Below the pieces are notes generated by a model that searched no databases, was not told the DNA's origin, and worked only from the letters and a program-made list of their open reading frames with translations. Positions 52,078-61,342 of a DNA stretch of 64,000 nucleotides are shown one piece after another; within the stretch, counting starts at the first letter, position 1; each line of letters starts with the position of its first letter. Position numbers and translations under genes: made by a program. Origin of the DNA: a virus (taxonomy: Duplodnaviria > Heunggongvirae > Uroviricota > Caudoviricetes); IMG/VR virus record IMGVR_UViG_3300035520_000350, positions 178,979 through 242,978 of that record, one strand, 5' to 3'.

Positions 52078-52962
52078 TTATCCTGCAATTCTAAAGCAGA
52101 GAGGAACATATATACCAGACGCAGTAGTTACATTTAACGTATCCGGTAATCCAGTAGCGGTCACAATACAAGCTTCTTCCGAAGTACCGGTAGCAGCAGT
52201 ACGTGTCCAATACTTACAAGGTATATTACCCTTATAACCAATGCATTTAACCCTGTTTCCGGTAAAACGGAAGATCGGATAATGAGTGCAGCACCCTTCA
52301 GTATATTTAGGTGTACCATTTACTACATGTCCGAATACTTCAACCTCATTTGGAAGCCACAGGTAGCTCAATGTCTTCCAACCCCAGCCAGAGGAAGTTG
52401 TAACAGATGTAGAACCAGCAGTATACCTGGTTTCATTTATATCAATCTTACCGGAGATCAAAGTCCTGATATCTTCTGGAATCTTGTTGTACACAGTATC
52501 GTTAAGATAAGTGAACAAAGTTGACGCCAGGAATGGATTGGTATCACTCTCTGTTCCGTTGTTGTGTCCATTGGTATTCCATGCTACCGGATCTTTAAGA
52601 CAATCCTTAGAGATGAAATCAATGTGATGATTAGTCTGTGTATCTCCACATCTGTAATGGCTGTCTATACCGCTTACTACCATCTCTGTCTTTTCTCCAC
52701 CAGAGAGAGATAAGGTGATATAATCACCAATCCGGATATCCTTCTCGATCTTGTTATTTTTACACATAGTCTTGATGTCACTCCAAGAATAACTCAATTC
52801 TCTTGGGTCATCATAAGGATATTGATTCACTACCTGTTTTCTAAGATAGTCATATCCTACTCTTTTTGTACCATCATCTGTAACAACGATAAAATTGTTA
52901 GTATCTTTAGACGACGGCTTAAGTGATTCTAATTCTCTTAACTGACTTACTTTTAAGCTCAT
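52078..52962 (-). CDS. paralog of the DGR target (not matching the TR)
   Basis: MSLKVS, YPY, IGDY, HIDFISKDCL, WLPNEVEVFG, VPLCFR. Confidence 0.85.
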   Translation of the reverse strand: MSLKVSQLRELESLKPSSKDTNNFIVVTDDGTKRVGYDYLRKQVVNQYPYDDPRELSYSWSDIKTMCKNNKIEKDIRIGDYITLSLSGGEKTEMVVSGIDSHYRCGDTQTNHHIDFISKDCLKDPVAWNTNGHNNGTESDTNPFLASTLFTYLNDTVYNKIPEDIRTLISGKIDINETRYTAGSTSVTTSSGWGWKTLSYLWLPNEVEVFGHVVNGTPKYTEGCCTHYPIFRFTGNRVKCIGYKGNIPCKYWTRTAATGTSEEACIVTATGLPDTLNVTTASGIYVPLCFRIAG

Positions 52963-53001
52963 ATACTATCTTCTCCTTTTCAAGATTTTAAGTTATAGTA
53001 C

Positions 53002-53871
53002 CTACGCCTGATTACCTTTAGCAACTCTGAAGCAAAGCGGAACTCCGGTAGCTTCTTTAGTTACAGTATCAAACGATATCTCGCCCTGAAAACTAACTGA
53101 AACAGCCTGGGTACTTGTGGTGTAAGCACAACAAGTCCACCATCCATTGGTATCAGATGTTTTAACTCGTCTTGATACACCATCAGCAAAGATAGGATAC
53201 TGTACAGAACTTCCCTCAGTCCATTTCTTTGTTCCATATGAAACATGTCCGAATACTTCTACCTCACTAGGAAGCCATACATATCCCAATGATTGCAATT
53301 CCTTTCCATTGGAGACAGCAACACTAGTGCTACCTGCGGTGTATCTAGTTTCTAAGTATTCTTTCTTTTGAGCAATTACATTTTTGATCTCATTAGGTAA
53401 CCAGCTATATACCTCACCATTAAGATACTCGTACAAGGAAGAAGCTAAATACGGGCAATTCTGCTTTTCTGTACCGTTGTTATTACCTTCCGTATTCCAT
53501 GCTACAGTATCTTTAAGAATATACCGGGAAATGAAGTCAATATGATGACCAGTTGTCATGTTATAGTGTGTATCAATACCAGCCACTTCCATAATAACAG
53601 TCTCACCGTTAAGAAGTAATACTGTCTTATAATCACCCGGCTTAAGATCAGACGGGTAATCTCCATTTCCTGTCATTGCATAAAGATCATCCCATGTATA
53701 ATCCAGCTCAACTGCATCATTATAAGGATAATCACTCACCATAGACTTCTTGATAGTTTCAAAGCTAACTTTTTTGCTTCCATCATTGCTGTCTACCATG
53801 AGATTAGCGATAGAACTAGATGATGCATCAAGTCTTGTTATTTCCGCAAGATCACTTATTTTCTGACTCAT
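53002..53871 (-). CDS. second paralog of the DGR target (not matching the TR)
   Basis: MSQKISDL, HIDFIS, WLPSEVEVFG, VPLCFR; late motif at 53913-53902. Confidence 0.85.
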   Translation of the reverse strand: MSQKISDLAEITRLDASSSSIANLMVDSNDGSKKVSFETIKKSMVSDYPYNDAVELDYTWDDLYAMTGNGDYPSDLKPGDYKTVLLLNGETVIMEVAGIDTHYNMTTGHHIDFISRYILKDTVAWNTEGNNNGTEKQNCPYLASSLYEYLNGEVYSWLPNEIKNVIAQKKEYLETRYTAGSTSVAVSNGKELQSLGYVWLPSEVEVFGHVSYGTKKWTEGSSVQYPIFADGVSRRVKTSDTNGWWTCCAYTTSTQAVSVSFQGEISFDTVTKEATGVPLCFRVAKGNQA

Positions 53872-53934
53872 AAAGTTCACCTCTCCTTTACTTTAAATCT
53901 TTATATGAATGTTTTCATTACTCATTTACCAGTA

Positions 53935-54891
53935 CTATTTTAACTTCTGGTTGACTAAACTCTGTATCTGGTTATATACTTCCAGATACTTTTTGTCAGT
54001 ATAAGACTGGCTCTCTGATCTTATATCCTCTAACTCTTTGGCTATATTGTTATAGTAGCTTATCATCTGACTCATCTTAGAGTTATAGTTGTTTACTGCC
54101 TTTACTACCATACTGTATATACTATCATTAGGTATATCAGGATTGTTATTGTTTATAAGTCTTTTAGCCTGATTCAATATAACTTCAGAAGAATTACGAT
54201 ACCTCTCAAAGGTAGCTATAGTCTCTTTGAACTGAGTTAGATCTACTTTATCTTTCACTTCAGCAAATAATCCAGTACCTGTTCTCTCTAATATATTATT
54301 AGGATTCTCAGATATCTTTACTTCAGCTCTCATAGCATGTCCTGCTATATCAAGATGAACTGTAGGAGTATCTACTGGCTTATATCCATCCATTGCATGT
54401 TCTGTAGCAAAATCACCTTCTATATAGAATCTTCCTAAGACTTCATCATACCTTACTACTGTATCATTGTCTATCCTAAGATCTTTTGCTACATCAGCAG
54501 TCATACTATAAGTACCATTATAGTATGGTAGTTGTAACGTTCTCGATTGAGGGTCAATATAACGCTTATCTGCTTTCATGAAGTAAGTAGTACCAAGTTT
54601 CTTTAATAGATCTAACTGACTACTATCTTCAATAGTAGCTATATCTAATACTTCATCCTTGATAGCTGACTTCACTGTTCCATCGAACTGAATATACAGA
54701 TAACCATCTATTGGATCATCTGGAATCTTCTCACATATTACGAATGGATCATAGTACTGATCTTGCCCAAAGAATAAGAACAATCTATCACAAGCAAAAT
54801 AGATATAGTTCTTATCTCTGTCTAATATGCTAGGAAGTTCCTCAAATTTGCAAATCCTAAGGGTCTTAAGCTCTGCCATATACACTTCCAC
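53935..54891 (-). CDS. putative tail/baseplate-associated protein
   Basis: 318 aa in the fibre cluster. Confidence 0.55.
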   Translation of the reverse strand: MEVYMAELKTLRICKFEELPSILDRDKNYIYFACDRLFLFFGQDQYYDPFVICEKIPDDPIDGYLYIQFDGTVKSAIKDEVLDIATIEDSSQLDLLKKLGTTYFMKADKRYIDPQSRTLQLPYYNGTYSMTADVAKDLRIDNDTVVRYDEVLGRFYIEGDFATEHAMDGYKPVDTPTVHLDIAGHAMRAEVKISENPNNILERTGTGLFAEVKDKVDLTQFKETIATFERYRNSSEVILNQAKRLINNNNPDIPNDSIYSMVVKAVNNYNSKMSQMISYYNNIAKELEDIRSESQSYTDKKYLEVYNQIQSLVNQKLK

Positions 54892-54906
54892 CTTTCATTA
54901 TGTTAC

Positions 54907-55086
54907 TTACTCATCTTCATCTCCAAAGTCAAAATCATTGGTTACTAACGATCTCTGATCATCAATATCTATATACATCTCTCCTGTATCTTTACAGAAG
55001 TAGATATTGCCATTGGTAATAGGCTGTTTATCAAGATTAGCTTTAAGACCTCTTAATAACTTATGATCAGGTCCTCTATCACTCAT
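54907..55086 (-). CDS. 59-aa protein ending FDFGDEDE (absent from the ORF track)
   Basis: MSDRGPDHKLLRG...GNIYFCKDTGEMYID...DFDFGDEDE; AGGAGAGG RBS. Confidence 0.7.
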   Translation of the reverse strand: MSDRGPDHKLLRGLKANLDKQPITNGNIYFCKDTGEMYIDIDDQRSLVTNDFDFGDEDE

Positions 55087-55175
55087 AGTATCCTCTCCTT
55101 TCTTTGCTTAGAATAAAGGCACGAGGCATAACTAACCTCGTGCCTAATAATCTTACACAAGGATCTTATTAGTAT

Positions 55176-55802
55176 CTAAAAAGTTCCCCAGCTCAAATCA
55201 CCTTGTAATGATTTAAGGAAGTCCTCTTCTGTACCAGTATTACCTGCTTCTAACCATATCTCGTAAGAAGATTTTCCAACAGGACCTCTGATATATTCAT
55301 AGAAGTCTTCCTCTGTTCCTTCATGTCCGGCGTCCAACCAAACCTGATAAGCAGACTTACCATTGATTGTAGCCATAAACTCATTAACAGTACCTGTATT
55401 TCCTTGGTCTAACCAATTCTTATAAGTACTCTCACCCTGTATACTAGCTAAGAAGTCATCTTCTGTACCAGTATTACCATGTTCAAGCCAGATATCATAA
55501 GCAGACTTTCCAGGAACTCCACAGATAGCATCTATGAAGTCCTTTACTGTTCCAGTTCCACCACCAAACTCTAACCATAATTGGTATGCTGATTTACCAT
55601 CAGCACCTTTCTCTCCAGCTCCAATATACGGAAGAGAGTTATAATAAGTAAAACCATCTCCTACTTTTAATAAGTGAGTATCTGTCTCATATGCAGGTTG
55701 TCCAGCAGATAACAAAGGATTGTTTTGCTTTAGTGCCTTAGCAGTACCTCGTTTGAACTGTAATGGTGCTTTATGCTGAGGTGAACTATTAGTAGTTGAC
55801 AT
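55176..55802 (-). CDS. Mtd_N-like domain plus GKSAY repeats, fibre protein
   Basis: KRGT..NPLL..G..YETDT..KVGDG..LPY; five GKSAY-x-W-GxxGT repeats. Confidence 0.75.
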   Translation of the reverse strand: MSTTNSSPQHKAPLQFKRGTAKALKQNNPLLSAGQPAYETDTHLLKVGDGFTYYNSLPYIGAGEKGADGKSAYQLWLEFGGGTGTVKDFIDAICGVPGKSAYDIWLEHGNTGTEDDFLASIQGESTYKNWLDQGNTGTVNEFMATINGKSAYQVWLDAGHEGTEEDFYEYIRGPVGKSSYEIWLEAGNTGTEEDFLKSLQGDLSWGTF

Positions 55803-55819
55803 ATAATCACCTCATCCCA

Positions 55820-55957
55820 TTATTTAGTTGCTTCATCATCTACAGATGTTCCCTGTGGCTCATCTGTTACGGTGGTTGTCTCTTCCTCAGCTTTCTCCAT
55901 ATACCAAGAAGATGTATAACCCTGAAAAAGTCTTGCTCTGTAAGCTACTTCTGCCAT
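55820..55957 (-). CDS. 45-aa acidic small protein
   Basis: MAEVAYRARLFQGY...; AAAGGAGG RBS. Confidence 0.5.
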   Translation of the reverse strand: MAEVAYRARLFQGYTSSWYMEKAEEETTTVTDEPQGTSVDDEATK

Positions 55958-55975
55958 GATAGATTACCTCCTTTC

Positions 55976-56584
55976 TTAGTATGTCTCTTCTGTGACTTCT
56001 GTCTCAGAGTCAGTAGAAGAGGATGATGTATCAGTACTGGTAGTACCTGTAGTTGTTGTAGTACTAGAAGAAGTATCATCGTCTTCAATTACCACTGGTT
56101 TCTTGTGATGCTTATGACAATGCTTTACAGTAGTACCACTCTCATCTTCTACCTCTCCACCATCGTCTACATAGTTCTTCGGTACAGACCATGAATATCC
56201 ACCATCAATAGATACCTGTAAGTACCCATCTACAAGTCTCATATCTGTAATACGTGTATAGTCGTTAGGAGTAGAGATATAAAGAGATGAATCATGTTTC
56301 TGAATTACATCTACATCAAGAATCTGTGTAGGACTAAACCGTTCAATAGATCCAGAGAAGTCAAGGCTACTGTCTACAACAATACTCCAAGCAGATGTAT
56401 TAGTTGTATCACTAGCACTGATCTTGAGAACTTTACCTTCGACATGTTTACGAACACCATTCTTATTAAACTCAAACACACAAAGATCACCTACTGCAAT
56501 CTCTCTTGTTTTAGTCTTATTATCGTCGAAAGTAAGAGATACCTTAATAGACTGAACAATTGAAACGTCAATATTCATCAGCAT
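55976..56584 (-). CDS. hypothetical virion protein, S/T-rich tail
   Basis: 202-aa ORF. Confidence 0.65.
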   Translation of the reverse strand: MLMNIDVSIVQSIKVSLTFDDNKTKTREIAVGDLCVFEFNKNGVRKHVEGKVLKISASDTTNTSAWSIVVDSSLDFSGSIERFSPTQILDVDVIQKHDSSLYISTPNDYTRITDMRLVDGYLQVSIDGGYSWSVPKNYVDDGGEVEDESGTTVKHCHKHHKKPVVIEDDDTSSSTTTTTGTTSTDTSSSSTDSETEVTEETY

Positions 56585-56715
56585 ATCAATTTACCTTCCT
56601 TTCATTAAGTATTTATTATAAAGTTCATTTGATACCACTATATAGGAGAGATTGTGAAAGTTACGGAATAGAGTTATAAATTATATAAGTGGAAAGGAAA
56701 GCGAGGTGATAAATA

Positions 56716-56910
56716 ATGAAGATTGAAGAGGTCATCAACCAGTACAATGGTAATTCTGATTACATGGATATGAATACAGGATATATCTATCATATCCAGA
56801 GCTGGGCTAGAGGATACAAGTTATTCGGAATGAATCTTCCGTTAGAAGTATCACAGAACGGTACAGTAATCGGAACTGTAACTGTAAACTTGGATTTAGT
56901 GAATATTTAG
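56716..56910 (+). CDS. hypothetical protein
   Basis: 64 aa, GAGGTG RBS. Confidence 0.6.
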   Translation: MKIEEVINQYNGNSDYMDMNTGYIYHIQSWARGYKLFGMNLPLEVSQNGTVIGTVTVNLDLVNI

Positions 56911-56963
56911 TATTCACAGTAACTATTCATCTGGAATCTAAAGGAAAGGTAGAGGTAAAGGAA

Positions 56964-57320
56964 ATGGATAGAACAGAATTCTTAGAAAGAATGGAAAGAG
57001 CAGACAGCACAGTAGATCGTAAGAGATGGGATGAATTGAACAAGAGGTCAATTGACTGCTTCTTGGAAGATGGGAATCCTAGAGGACACATGAATCTTAT
57101 CATTGCAATGGAAGAGCTGGCTGAGTTGCAGCAGCGTATTTCAAAGGAGTTGCGTGGTAAGGGAGATAGGATTGCATTGATCGAAGAGATGGCAGATGTA
57201 CGTCTTGTCTTTGGCTACTTAAGAGATATATTCAATATCTCTGATGAAGAGCTGGATAGAGCTTTGAATGCTAAGCTTGAACGGCTTGAAGAAAGACTTG
57301 ACGGTAGTACTAACTTGTAG
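56964..57320 (+). CDS. MazG-like NTP pyrophosphohydrolase
   Basis: EELAEL...EEMADV...K. Confidence 0.75.
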   Translation: MDRTEFLERMERADSTVDRKRWDELNKRSIDCFLEDGNPRGHMNLIIAMEELAELQQRISKELRGKGDRIALIEEMADVRLVFGYLRDIFNISDEELDRALNAKLERLEERLDGSTNL

Positions 57321-57415
57321 TAGGTAATACAGGGTTGTAGAGTGTAATACTCTACAGCCCTTTTGTTTTTATAACTTATTCATCAGGAATCTAAAGGAAA
57401 GTAGAGGTAGTAGAA

Positions 57416-57943
57416 ATGAAGGAAAGTTTGTCGACATTAACTGTCAATGGTAAGATCTATTTATTAGATCGTGTTAGTGAACTTGAAGCATCAGATCCTT
57501 ATGTATATAAGGTAGGAGGATACTTATCAAATAAGGAAATCAATCCGATGTTTAATCCGGATGGAATTTACTATGGATTGGTTATCGTTCCGGATACTGA
57601 GTTCAACAATAATCTTCCGGAGAACATCAAGAACTACATGATCTATCATGAGTGTGGTCATTGTCAGCCGGGTGGAATTCCTACAAAAGCTGAAGGCGGT
57701 ATGAAGGAATATTACAAGCACTCGTTGAGATACGAAACATTAGCGGATGCTTATGCTTGTACTTGCTTAGGCAAGGAATACTGCATTGAAGCATTAAAGG
57801 AATTCCACGACCTGGAGGTGGAGAATATTAAGAAGGTTCATGAAGAAAACAACGTAAACAAGGTTCTTCGTAAGTTAACAGTGTGGCTCTTCAACATTGA
57901 GATTAATCATCGCATTAGGCATATGCAGCGCTTAGCATTATAA
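57416..57943 (+). CDS. HExxH metallopeptidase-like protein
   Basis: YHECGH...ETLADAYA. Confidence 0.65.
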   Translation: MKESLSTLTVNGKIYLLDRVSELEASDPYVYKVGGYLSNKEINPMFNPDGIYYGLVIVPDTEFNNNLPENIKNYMIYHECGHCQPGGIPTKAEGGMKEYYKHSLRYETLADAYACTCLGKEYCIEALKEFHDLEVENIKKVHEENNVNKVLRKLTVWLFNIEINHRIRHMQRLAL

Positions 57944-58013
57944 GATATAAATGGGGCTGTAGGTTTTTATACCTACAGCCCAATATATTAAATGCTCCCC
58001 ATTTATTTTTTAG

Positions 58014-58457
58014 TTACTTGCCGGTACTACCGAATCCTCCTGCACCTCTTGCAGTCTCAGGTAACTCGTCTACTTCAAGAAGTTCTACATCCGGATACGG
58101 AAGGAAGATAAGCTGACAGATTCTGTCTCCAGGTGCAATTGTACGCTCCTCATTCGAATCGTTATGAATAGCCGCGCAGTATTCACCTCTGTAATCTTCA
58201 TCGCATACTCCTACGCAGTTAGCTAATCTTAATCCTTCATTGATAGCCATACCAGACCGAGAGAACAACGCTCCGAAATAACCATGCTCCGGTGCAAAAG
58301 ACAAACCGGTTCCAACCTTTACTGTTTCATGAGGTTTGATGTGCCAGTATGTATCTTCCCGGTTCTTTCTTGCGTATAAATCAAGAGCCGCTGCATCTTT
58401 ACTTCCTTTTGTAGGAAGTTTTGCTTCATCAGACAGTTTCTTTACCTGTACTTTCAT
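58014..58457 (-). CDS. dut: trimeric dUTPase
   Basis: AALDL, RSG, GVCDEDYRGE, RICQL, RGAGGFGSTG. Confidence 0.95.
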   Translation of the reverse strand: MKVQVKKLSDEAKLPTKGSKDAAALDLYARKNREDTYWHIKPHETVKVGTGLSFAPEHGYFGALFSRSGMAINEGLRLANCVGVCDEDYRGEYCAAIHNDSNEERTIAPGDRICQLIFLPYPDVELLEVDELPETARGAGGFGSTGK

Positions 58458-59655
58458 TATTCTTACCCCCGTTAATGATATTGATTACCTCTAAAACGTT
58501 ACCTAAGTAACCTTCAGAGAAGTTATCGTACTCCTCTCCTTTATAAACATCAAGCAGGATAGGGTTATACATAGCGTAATACATAAACGCATGTTCTACC
58601 GGATTCATAGGACTGTAGTTCATACAGAACTTACAAAGCACAATGAAGAACTTAAGAACATCTTCATCCGTTGCCTTATCCTTAAGATGTCTTACAAGAA
58701 CATTGTAAGCAGTATACGGAGAGTAGATATTCTGTGTTGAAGTGCTGTACTTGTTGATAATATTATCAAAAGCTTTCTTCGGCTTCTCCAACTCAATATG
58801 CTTGATCCGAATCTTGCCAGCAGCCTTCTTTACTCTTTCAAGAGCATAACCATCATTGATAGAGTCAAGAATATTACCGATAGCCTCTTTCTTTGTCTCA
58901 TCGATATTCTCACCTTCCATGATACTCTTGATGTAGTTCTCTCTTTCCTTAGAGTAATCCATGTACATCTTGGAGAACTCTTCGTTGATCTTGTTCTCTA
59001 AGGCATCCATCTCTTTCTGGAAATCCATAGTATACTTATTCAGAGAGATATTGTGGATAAACTCATCCAGAATAATTTCAGAGATAGTATTTCTTGTAGT
59101 GTTAGCCTCTACAGAGAACCCAGCTACTCCATTGATACCAAGATACTTGTTAAGCTCTTCCTGGATCTTAGCCGGGAATGCCTTGAAGATATTGAAGTTC
59201 TCTTTGTTCTGATACCGCTTTACTACCTGAAGCAGTTCAATGATTTCATCATTGGTAAGATCAAGATCTTTGAAGTATACTGTTTCTTTCTTTACCTGCT
59301 CTGCAAGATCCTCAGCAGTGATGTCTACATTAAGATCAGATTCAGTAAGACCTTTCTCTGCCTGTTCTACAAGCTTATCAAAGTCTAACGCATTTAACTC
59401 GTCTTCTGTATCATTCTCTTCTAATGTAGGAGCAATAACTCCATTCTCAGAATTGATAGATACATTAACCTTTGCTTCATAACCTTTTTCCTCACCGGAA
59501 GAAGTTTCTACGCCGTTGTTACTCGGCATATCAGAAACTGCTTTAAGAGCCTCAGATTCATTTACCGCTTCATTCATTACATCAGCAATAGCATCAATCT
59601 GAGAATCAGTAAGCTTAGTATCTTCCTGCTCAGGAAACTTTACAACTTCACCCAT
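58429..59655 (-). CDS. hypothetical acidic protein
   Basis: 408-aa ORF, AAGGAGG RBS. Confidence 0.7.
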   Translation of the reverse strand: MGEVVKFPEQEDTKLTDSQIDAIADVMNEAVNESEALKAVSDMPSNNGVETSSGEEKGYEAKVNVSINSENGVIAPTLEENDTEDELNALDFDKLVEQAEKGLTESDLNVDITAEDLAEQVKKETVYFKDLDLTNDEIIELLQVVKRYQNKENFNIFKAFPAKIQEELNKYLGINGVAGFSVEANTTRNTISEIILDEFIHNISLNKYTMDFQKEMDALENKINEEFSKMYMDYSKERENYIKSIMEGENIDETKKEAIGNILDSINDGYALERVKKAAGKIRIKHIELEKPKKAFDNIINKYSTSTQNIYSPYTAYNVLVRHLKDKATDEDVLKFFIVLCKFCMNYSPMNPVEHAFMYYAMYNPILLDVYKGEEYDNFSEGYLGNVLEVINIINGGKNNESTGKETV

Positions 59656-59667
59656 GTCTGTCCTCCT

Positions 59668-60024
59668 TTAGATGGTGCTTGTACCCTCCACACCTCTATC
59701 TTTTCTCTTGTTTGTTCTTGATCTTAACGCGGCAACACCAGCCATGATCCCGGAGATAGCATCTTCATTTTCCTTGCACATGTACTCTGAATGCTGGAAG
59801 CACTCAAGCCGGTCAACGCACATCAACAACAAATCTTCCATAAAGATACCGTTAAGCCCTGCTTCTTTGATCGGACCTTCCTGGAAATGAATTTCAGCCA
59901 GAATCTTACCATCTTTGCCTACTACGGCATAGTTGTGCCGTGCATTGAAGTTGATCCGGTCTTCTGCTACCACCTTTGTGTTCTCCTGTGTGAATGCCTC
60001 ATGTTCAATTGTTTTGTCGTACAT
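59668..60024 (-). CDS. tad1: Tad1-like anti-Thoeris/CBASS nucleotide sponge
   Basis: HNY...IHFQEGP..E...NG...EDLL....DRLECFQ.....KEN..A......R...RGVEGT matches the Tad1 pattern; RBS before ATG 60024. Confidence 0.75.
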   Translation of the reverse strand: MYDKTIEHEAFTQENTKVVAEDRINFNARHNYAVVGKDGKILAEIHFQEGPIKEAGLNGIFMEDLLLMCVDRLECFQHSEYMCKENEDAISGIMAGVAALRSRTNKRKDRGVEGTSTI

Positions 60025-60049
60025 ATTTTTATCCTCCTTAGAATATATT

Positions 60050-60844
60050 TTATACACCACTCTGTGGTGAGGTGTACTGTGATACACTGATTGCTTTATC
60101 TGTAGCTCTACTCTGTAAGTCAAACTTAATTGCTGTAAACAAATCAGCTCTTGTGCAAGGATCATTAATGAATGAAGCATAATGATACTTGTATATATCA
60201 TTAGTATCCTGAAGGATACTAAGTAGATAGTTAGCAGTATTCATATCAGTAAGATAGAATATAAGAGTTCTGAAAGGTATATCATGTGCAGCAATGCTAG
60301 TAAGAACAGAGTTTAATGAAGCATGGATAACAATAAGCTTAGGATCGGTATACATCTTCTTGCCATAAGCGATTGCGTCTTTATTCTTCTTAATCTCTTC
60401 TGCATCAGGGATAGAGTTATAGATATCATCCTTGTTATTAATGATATACTGTGTAAAGAACCCTACCATCTTAGGTGTAAAGTTTGTAACGAAGATATCA
60501 AAAAGAATAGTAGCAAGAGTAAACATCTGATCCGGAGTATACTCTTCAATATCAGGACTTACCTTAAGTCCATAGAAGCTACAGATCATAGTAACTATTT
60601 CCTTATAGGTCTTAAGTCTAAGATCATCAAAGTTATCCTTATAAGCCGGATGCTCCTGTACAGCCATCTTCAACTCATTCTCTATTACTATAGGATAATT
60701 AGCCGGACCTACATTGAATGGTCTGAATCTCATCTTAATATTATCCTGAATGACATCTATGATGAAATCTGTTGAAAACTTTGATATGATTGTACCAACA
60801 GCTCTTTCACTGTTGATAATCTGTATCGGACTATTTCCAAACAT
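60050..60844 (-). CDS. hypothetical phage protein
   Basis: 264-aa ORF, AAGGAGG RBS. Confidence 0.7.
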   Translation of the reverse strand: MFGNSPIQIINSERAVGTIISKFSTDFIIDVIQDNIKMRFRPFNVGPANYPIVIENELKMAVQEHPAYKDNFDDLRLKTYKEIVTMICSFYGLKVSPDIEEYTPDQMFTLATILFDIFVTNFTPKMVGFFTQYIINNKDDIYNSIPDAEEIKKNKDAIAYGKKMYTDPKLIVIHASLNSVLTSIAAHDIPFRTLIFYLTDMNTANYLLSILQDTNDIYKYHYASFINDPCTRADLFTAIKFDLQSRATDKAISVSQYTSPQSGV

Positions 60845-60954
60845 AAGAAATCTATTCCTCCTTTCGTATAATTACAAAAAAGTTACAGATCTAATACGAA
60901 ACCAAAATATAGGAGCAAGACTTTACTAGTCTTGCCCCTAGAGCCGCAGTTCTC

Positions 60955-61287
60955 TTACCAACAACAATCGCCGCAACAACCACCACCGATGACTTCACCA
61001 TCTTCGTCACTACGATTCTTATCGCAGTAAACACACATCGGATCTTCGACTTCATCAACACCTTTAGCCGCTTTTGTTCCAACCGGAACCACATAACCCA
61101 TAGCATCAATAGTTCTGACTCCATCACCTACTAACAAGTTATACAAAGGTCTCTCATCCTTATCATAACCGATCTTCCGCAACACTAACGTATTGCAACG
61201 TGGGATGTAATCATCTAACTGATCTCCATCTTTGATGTACATGGACGGGCTAAAGTCGTAGACTCTGACTACTGATTTGTCCATCAT
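60955..61287 (-). CDS. hypothetical protein with Cys-rich C-terminus
   Basis: 110 aa, AAGGAGG RBS. Confidence 0.6.
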   Translation of the reverse strand: MMDKSVVRVYDFSPSMYIKDGDQLDDYIPRCNTLVLRKIGYDKDERPLYNLLVGDGVRTIDAMGYVVPVGTKAAKGVDEVEDPMCVYCDKNRSDEDGEVIGGGCCGDCCW

Positions 61288-61342
61288 GTGAAGTACCCTC
61301 CTTTAATGTTTTAATGTAATGCTATTCCTGGCTCGACATTAC

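Noticed and set aside
52078-53150. Paralog 3' ends as additional active VRs
   Set aside because: Many non-adenine mismatches and indels versus the TR; only the last ~20 nt are similar
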